64,000 nucleotides of DNA, from assembly GCA_965238075.1 (NCBI GenBank), contig OZ250173.1, forward strand, positions 1,472,001 to 1,536,000, in the 5' to 3' direction. The stretch comes from Candidatus Entotheonellaceae bacterium (GTDB lineage Bacteria > Tectomicrobia > Entotheonellia > Entotheonellales > Entotheonellaceae). The notes below the pieces were generated by a model. The model searched no databases and was not told the origin of the DNA. It saw only the letters and a list, made by a program, of their open reading frames with translations. Shown piece after piece: positions 60,678 through 64,000 of this stretch. A program made the position numbers and the translations under genes. Every line of letters starts with the position of its first letter. Within the stretch, counting starts at the first letter, position 1.

Positions 60678-61744
60678 CTGAAAAGGACCTGCCCATGGGG
60701 GAGGCGAGCAGTATCCGGCAGCGCCTGCTCAAGCTGCTGCCCTGGGTCATCACCCTGGCGATCTTCGTCATTATTTTCCGCCGCGTTCCCGCCCCCGAGC
60801 TGCTGGAAGCCCTGCAACAAGCCCGCCTGCTGCCCTACTTGGCGCTGATGGCGCCGTACAGCATGATCTACTGCCTGATCGACACTTTCGTGCTCACGCA
60901 GGCCGTCACGTGGTTCCACCAGCCGGTACGCTATACCCGCATTCTGCCGGTGCGGGCGGCGGCGTATATTCTGTCGCTGCTCAACCCCGGTCTCGGGCAG
61001 GGCGGCACGGCGTTCTACTTACACCGCCGCGAGGGCATGCCGTTTCTCGAAATGGTCGGGACCATCGTGTTCCTGGTGGTTGTCGAATTCGGCCAACTGG
61101 CTCTGTACGCCGCTATCGGCATCTTTATCGTACAACCGCAACTTGCCGCCATCTTCGCGCCGTTCTACATCGTCTTCATCGCCGCGTTCGCCATCGCTTT
61201 GACCTACGTCCGGCATGGCTTCTCGCCGCTCGTGCGGGTACTTCGGGCAGTGGCCCGCCTGTCGGGCCGCGAAAGCAGCTTCACCCCCCGGCCCGGCGGG
61301 CCGCGCACCCGGATTCTGCACACCTTGCAAACTGCCGGCGTCCGTCACTACCTGCTGGCGCTGCTCTACAAAGCGCCCAGCTTTTTTCTCGCCGTCTTGG
61401 TGCACTACCTGGCGGTGCAGCAGTTTGGCGTGCAGATACCGTTTCTGGCGCTGCTGGCCTTCCTGCCAGTGGTCTTTCTTGCCGCCTCGCTGCCCATCAC
61501 GGTAGCGCATCTCGGTACCTCGCAGGCCGCTTGGCTGTTTTTCTTTTCGGCGTATGGCAGCGAGGCCCACTTGCTGGCCTACAGCCTGGCCGCCCATTTT
61601 ACCTTCATGATGCTAAACAGCCTGATCGGCTTATGTTTTCTGCGACAGGTCCTGAAGGCCCCGCCGAAGCCACAACAGGAACAACCGCTCCAGCCCCGAT
61701 ACGAAGGCCACCCCCATCACGGCAACAAGAGCAGCCTGCCCTAG
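60662..61744 (+). CDS. Lysylphosphatidylglycerol synthase TM / flippase-like membrane protein
   Basis: Multiple TM helices, LPIT..HLGT motif; start may be a downstream ATG. Confidence 0.75.
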   Translation: MKQIQPEKDLPMGEASSIRQRLLKLLPWVITLAIFVIIFRRVPAPELLEALQQARLLPYLALMAPYSMIYCLIDTFVLTQAVTWFHQPVRYTRILPVRAAAYILSLLNPGLGQGGTAFYLHRREGMPFLEMVGTIVFLVVVEFGQLALYAAIGIFIVQPQLAAIFAPFYIVFIAAFAIALTYVRHGFSPLVRVLRAVARLSGRESSFTPRPGGPRTRILHTLQTAGVRHYLLALLYKAPSFFLAVLVHYLAVQQFGVQIPFLALLAFLPVVFLAASLPITVAHLGTSQAAWLFFFSAYGSEAHLLAYSLAAHFTFMMLNSLIGLCFLRQVLKAPPKPQQEQPLQPRYEGHPHHGNKSSLP

Positions 61745-62224
61745 CGGCCGCGGCAGGAGCGACAGGCCCAGCGCCGGCCCGGCCATCACCCCGCCGACGG
61801 CCGCATAGTTCAAGATGCCGCCGACGTGGCCAAGCCGGCTGCCGAGCAGACGGCGCTGCCGTCCGAGTTCGCCGCTGCGCCACCAGGAGTCGAAGGCGTA
61901 CAGACCGAAGGCCCAGGCAATGGCGGCCGGCAGCCACCAGGTGACCCAGCCCCAGACCGCGAACCAACCCAACGCGAACAGGATGAAGAAAATGTCGGCG
62001 CCGTGATCCAGAAAGCGCCCGAAGACGCTGGTGCATTGGAAGCGGCGGGCCAGCCAGCCGTCCAGCACATCGCTGCCGACGATGACCGCGAACAGCAGCG
62101 CCACGCTCCAGCGCTCTACCGGTGTGCCGACCGCCGCCGCGCGGTGGCAGCACAACACGAACGCCGGCGCGCCCGCCACGCGGGTCAGGGTGACCAGATT
62201 GGGCCAGGTGAACAGGAGGGGCAC
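61631..62224 (-). CDS. CDP-alcohol phosphatidyltransferase
   Basis: PNLVTLTR, SDVLDGWLARR....S.FGRFLDH.AD signature. Confidence 0.88.
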   Translation of the reverse strand: MPLLFTWPNLVTLTRVAGAPAFVLCCHRAAAVGTPVERWSVALLFAVIVGSDVLDGWLARRFQCTSVFGRFLDHGADIFFILFALGWFAVWGWVTWWLPAAIAWAFGLYAFDSWWRSGELGRQRRLLGSRLGHVGGILNYAAVGGVMAGPALGLSLLPRPLGQAALVAVMGVAFVSGLERLFLLWLRRGLQDLSQKT

Positions 62225-62358
62225 CAGCTTTCCTCAAGGCGCACGTCAATTTCTTCACGCGGCGCATGTATGGTACAATCCGCGCCACATTCCAACCGCC
62301 TTGGCGATGTATAGAACAACTTAATTACGAGCGGCTTGCCGCCGGGAGAGAGACGCTG

Positions 62359-63162
62359 ATGCAAGACCCTGTAGCAGGCTTGATTTCCTTCGTCATCATG
62401 CTCTACATCGCCCTGCTTTTCGTGCGCCAGTTCGTGGCCGAGAGCGAGCGCTACGACGCTGTGCTGGGCATGATCTTCCGGGCCACCGATCCGGTGGTCA
62501 GCCCGGTGCAAAACACCCTTCCATCCGGCAATGCCCATCTCGCCCCCGCGCTCGTGCTGGTGGCCCTGCTCCTGCTGCAGGGGATTCTCATCGGGTCCAT
62601 TCCCTACGCGATCAAACAGTTCGCCGACAAGCTGCTGCAGTTGTACGTGATCATTATCATTATCATTACCGCCTTCCGCGAGTATTACACCAACCCAATC
62701 GCCAGCTTCTGTCAGCGCATCGTCAGCCCGGTGCGGGCGCTGGCGACCGGCGTGTCGCAGCACGTGCCGACGGTGAATCTGCTGTCGGTGGCAGGGCTGG
62801 TGGTGGTCCACGGCATGGTGGTGGTCGTGCTCAATGGCCTCATGGTGGAGGGGTTCGACGATTCCGCGCCGTTCCTGGACGCCTTTATCGGCAGCGGGGC
62901 AGAGCCGGGCAGCCTGTTGCTGATCCTTAACCTGACGCAGTTCTTTACCTACGCGATCATCGCCAACGCCCTGCTGTCCTGGGTCAGCCCCAATCCGCTC
63001 AACCCCATCGTGCAGTTGCTGACGCTCGTCGCCCTGCCGATCATGCAACCGATCCGCCGCGTCATCCCGCCGCTCGGCGGCGCCATCGACATTTCGCCCA
63101 TCATCGCCATCCTGGCGCTGCAGTTCTTCTACGGCATTGTCTTCAACCTGCTCGCCGGTTGA
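62359..63162 (+). CDS. yggT: YggT family membrane protein
   Basis: ALLSWVSP...NP...L.....P...PIRRVIPPLGG.IDISPI; repeated YggT-like segments. Confidence 0.85.
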   Translation: MQDPVAGLISFVIMLYIALLFVRQFVAESERYDAVLGMIFRATDPVVSPVQNTLPSGNAHLAPALVLVALLLLQGILIGSIPYAIKQFADKLLQLYVIIIIIITAFREYYTNPIASFCQRIVSPVRALATGVSQHVPTVNLLSVAGLVVVHGMVVVVLNGLMVEGFDDSAPFLDAFIGSGAEPGSLLLILNLTQFFTYAIIANALLSWVSPNPLNPIVQLLTLVALPIMQPIRRVIPPLGGAIDISPIIAILALQFFYGIVFNLLAG

Positions 63163-63178
63163 CGCTGCCAGCCCGCAA

Positions 63179-64000
63179 TCATAGCGGCGTAAAACACTCC
63201 GTGCGCACCAGGTCCTCAAACGTCTCGCGGCGCGAGATCAGGTAAGGCGCGCCGTCGTCCAGCCATACCTGCGGGGCGCGCCCGATCGAGTTGTAGTTGG
63301 AGCTCATGGTGTTGCCGTAGGCGCCGGCGTCGTGGATGAGGACTAGATCGCCCGCCTGCACCGGCGGCAGCGGACGCGGTTGCAGCAGTTCAGCGTCATC
63401 GCGGGTAAACACGTCGCCCGACTCGCACAGCGGGCCGGACAGCACCACCGGCTCCAGCGGCGCATCGTCCGGCGCGTCCCACACGCTGATACGGTGGAAC
63501 GAGCCGTACATGGCGGGGCGCACCAGGTCGCAGAACCCGGCGTCGACCATGACGAAGGTGTGCCCCGGCCCCTTGGTATTGGCGCGGGTACGTTTGATGT
63601 CCGTCACCTGCGTCACCACCGCGGCGACCGGCGCCACGAAGTACCGCCCCGGCTCGATTTCCACCCGGATGTTTTTCCCCGTTTGCTGACTGAAACGCGC
63701 CTGACATTCGCGCAGCAGGTGACCGAACGGCTCAAGGTCGATGGCCCTCGCCTCCGGCTTGTAGGGGTATGGCAGGCCGCCGCCGAGGCTGACGGCCTGC
63801 GCGTGCGGATAGGCGGGCAGGCAATCAGCGAAGAAATCGACAAGCTGTTGCATGTTGGCCTGGAACTCCTCGGTGGTCGGCCCGGAGCCCACGTGGGCGT
63901 GCAGGAGTGTCACCGTCATGCCTTGGCATTCGGCATTCTGGGCCGCCGCCAGCGCCTCCTCCGGCCACATGCCGTGCTTGGAACTGGGCCCGCCCGTGTC
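63179..64000 (-). CDS. lysA: Diaminopimelate decarboxylase (5' part outside the window)
   Basis: SKHG, HAHVGSG, LGGG, EPGRYFVA, RPAMYG, GPLCESGD, AGAYG.TMSSNYN. Confidence 0.93.
   Translation of the reverse strand, partial: DTGGPSSKHGMWPEEALAAAQNAECQGMTVTLLHAHVGSGPTTEEFQANMQQLVDFFADCLPAYPHAQAVSLGGGLPYPYKPEARAIDLEPFGHLLRECQARFSQQTGKNIRVEIEPGRYFVAPVAAVVTQVTDIKRTRANTKGPGHTFVMVDAGFCDLVRPAMYGSFHRISVWDAPDDAPLEPVVLSGPLCESGDVFTRDDAELLQPRPLPPVQAGDLVLIHDAGAYGNTMSSNYNSIGRAPQVWLDDGAPYLISRRETFEDLVRTECFTPL

Overview
GC-rich bacterial chromosomal window. Several family-III CoA-transferases, an LLM oxidoreductase and dispersed REP-like repeats would fit a Tectomicrobia/Entotheonella-like or similar organism, but this is inference only. 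The flanks carry housekeeping and catabolic genes: aroC, a methylmalonyl-CoA mutase catalytic subunit, rimI, tatD, a larA homolog, hslO, rmuC, kdsB, glnS, gltX, rnz, uppS, a split glnE and a partial lysA. The centre (~27.8-51 kb) is an accessory region. It holds a Type IIL/MmeI-like RM fusion, MNT-HEPN, an orphan HicB, an RloA/RloB-like pair, IS and TA relics and a lower-GC amidase block. It also holds a ~12 kb segment bracketed by a 315-bp, ~95%-identical duplication of the 3' end of a deacetylase gene. That segment contains the most notable system, an 11-gene minus-strand operon (42074->32341). It encodes a cupredoxin-like protein, a Tat-exported calcineurin-like metallohydrolase, a monoheme TsdA/SoxA-like Cys-ligated cytochrome, and a Tat SoxY-SoxZ fusion that appears to carry a superoxide-reductase-type His4Cys iron site. 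These are followed by a divergent cbb3-type oxidase (atypical CcoN, tri-heme CcoO fusion, heme-less CcoP-like stub, two tiny ORFs absent from the ORF track) and its Cu-delivery genes. It looks like a non-canonical, miniature Sox-like sulfur/redox module wired to its own terminal oxidase. No rRNA, tRNA or CRISPR array was recognised. All calls come from motif recognition by eye; no searches were run.
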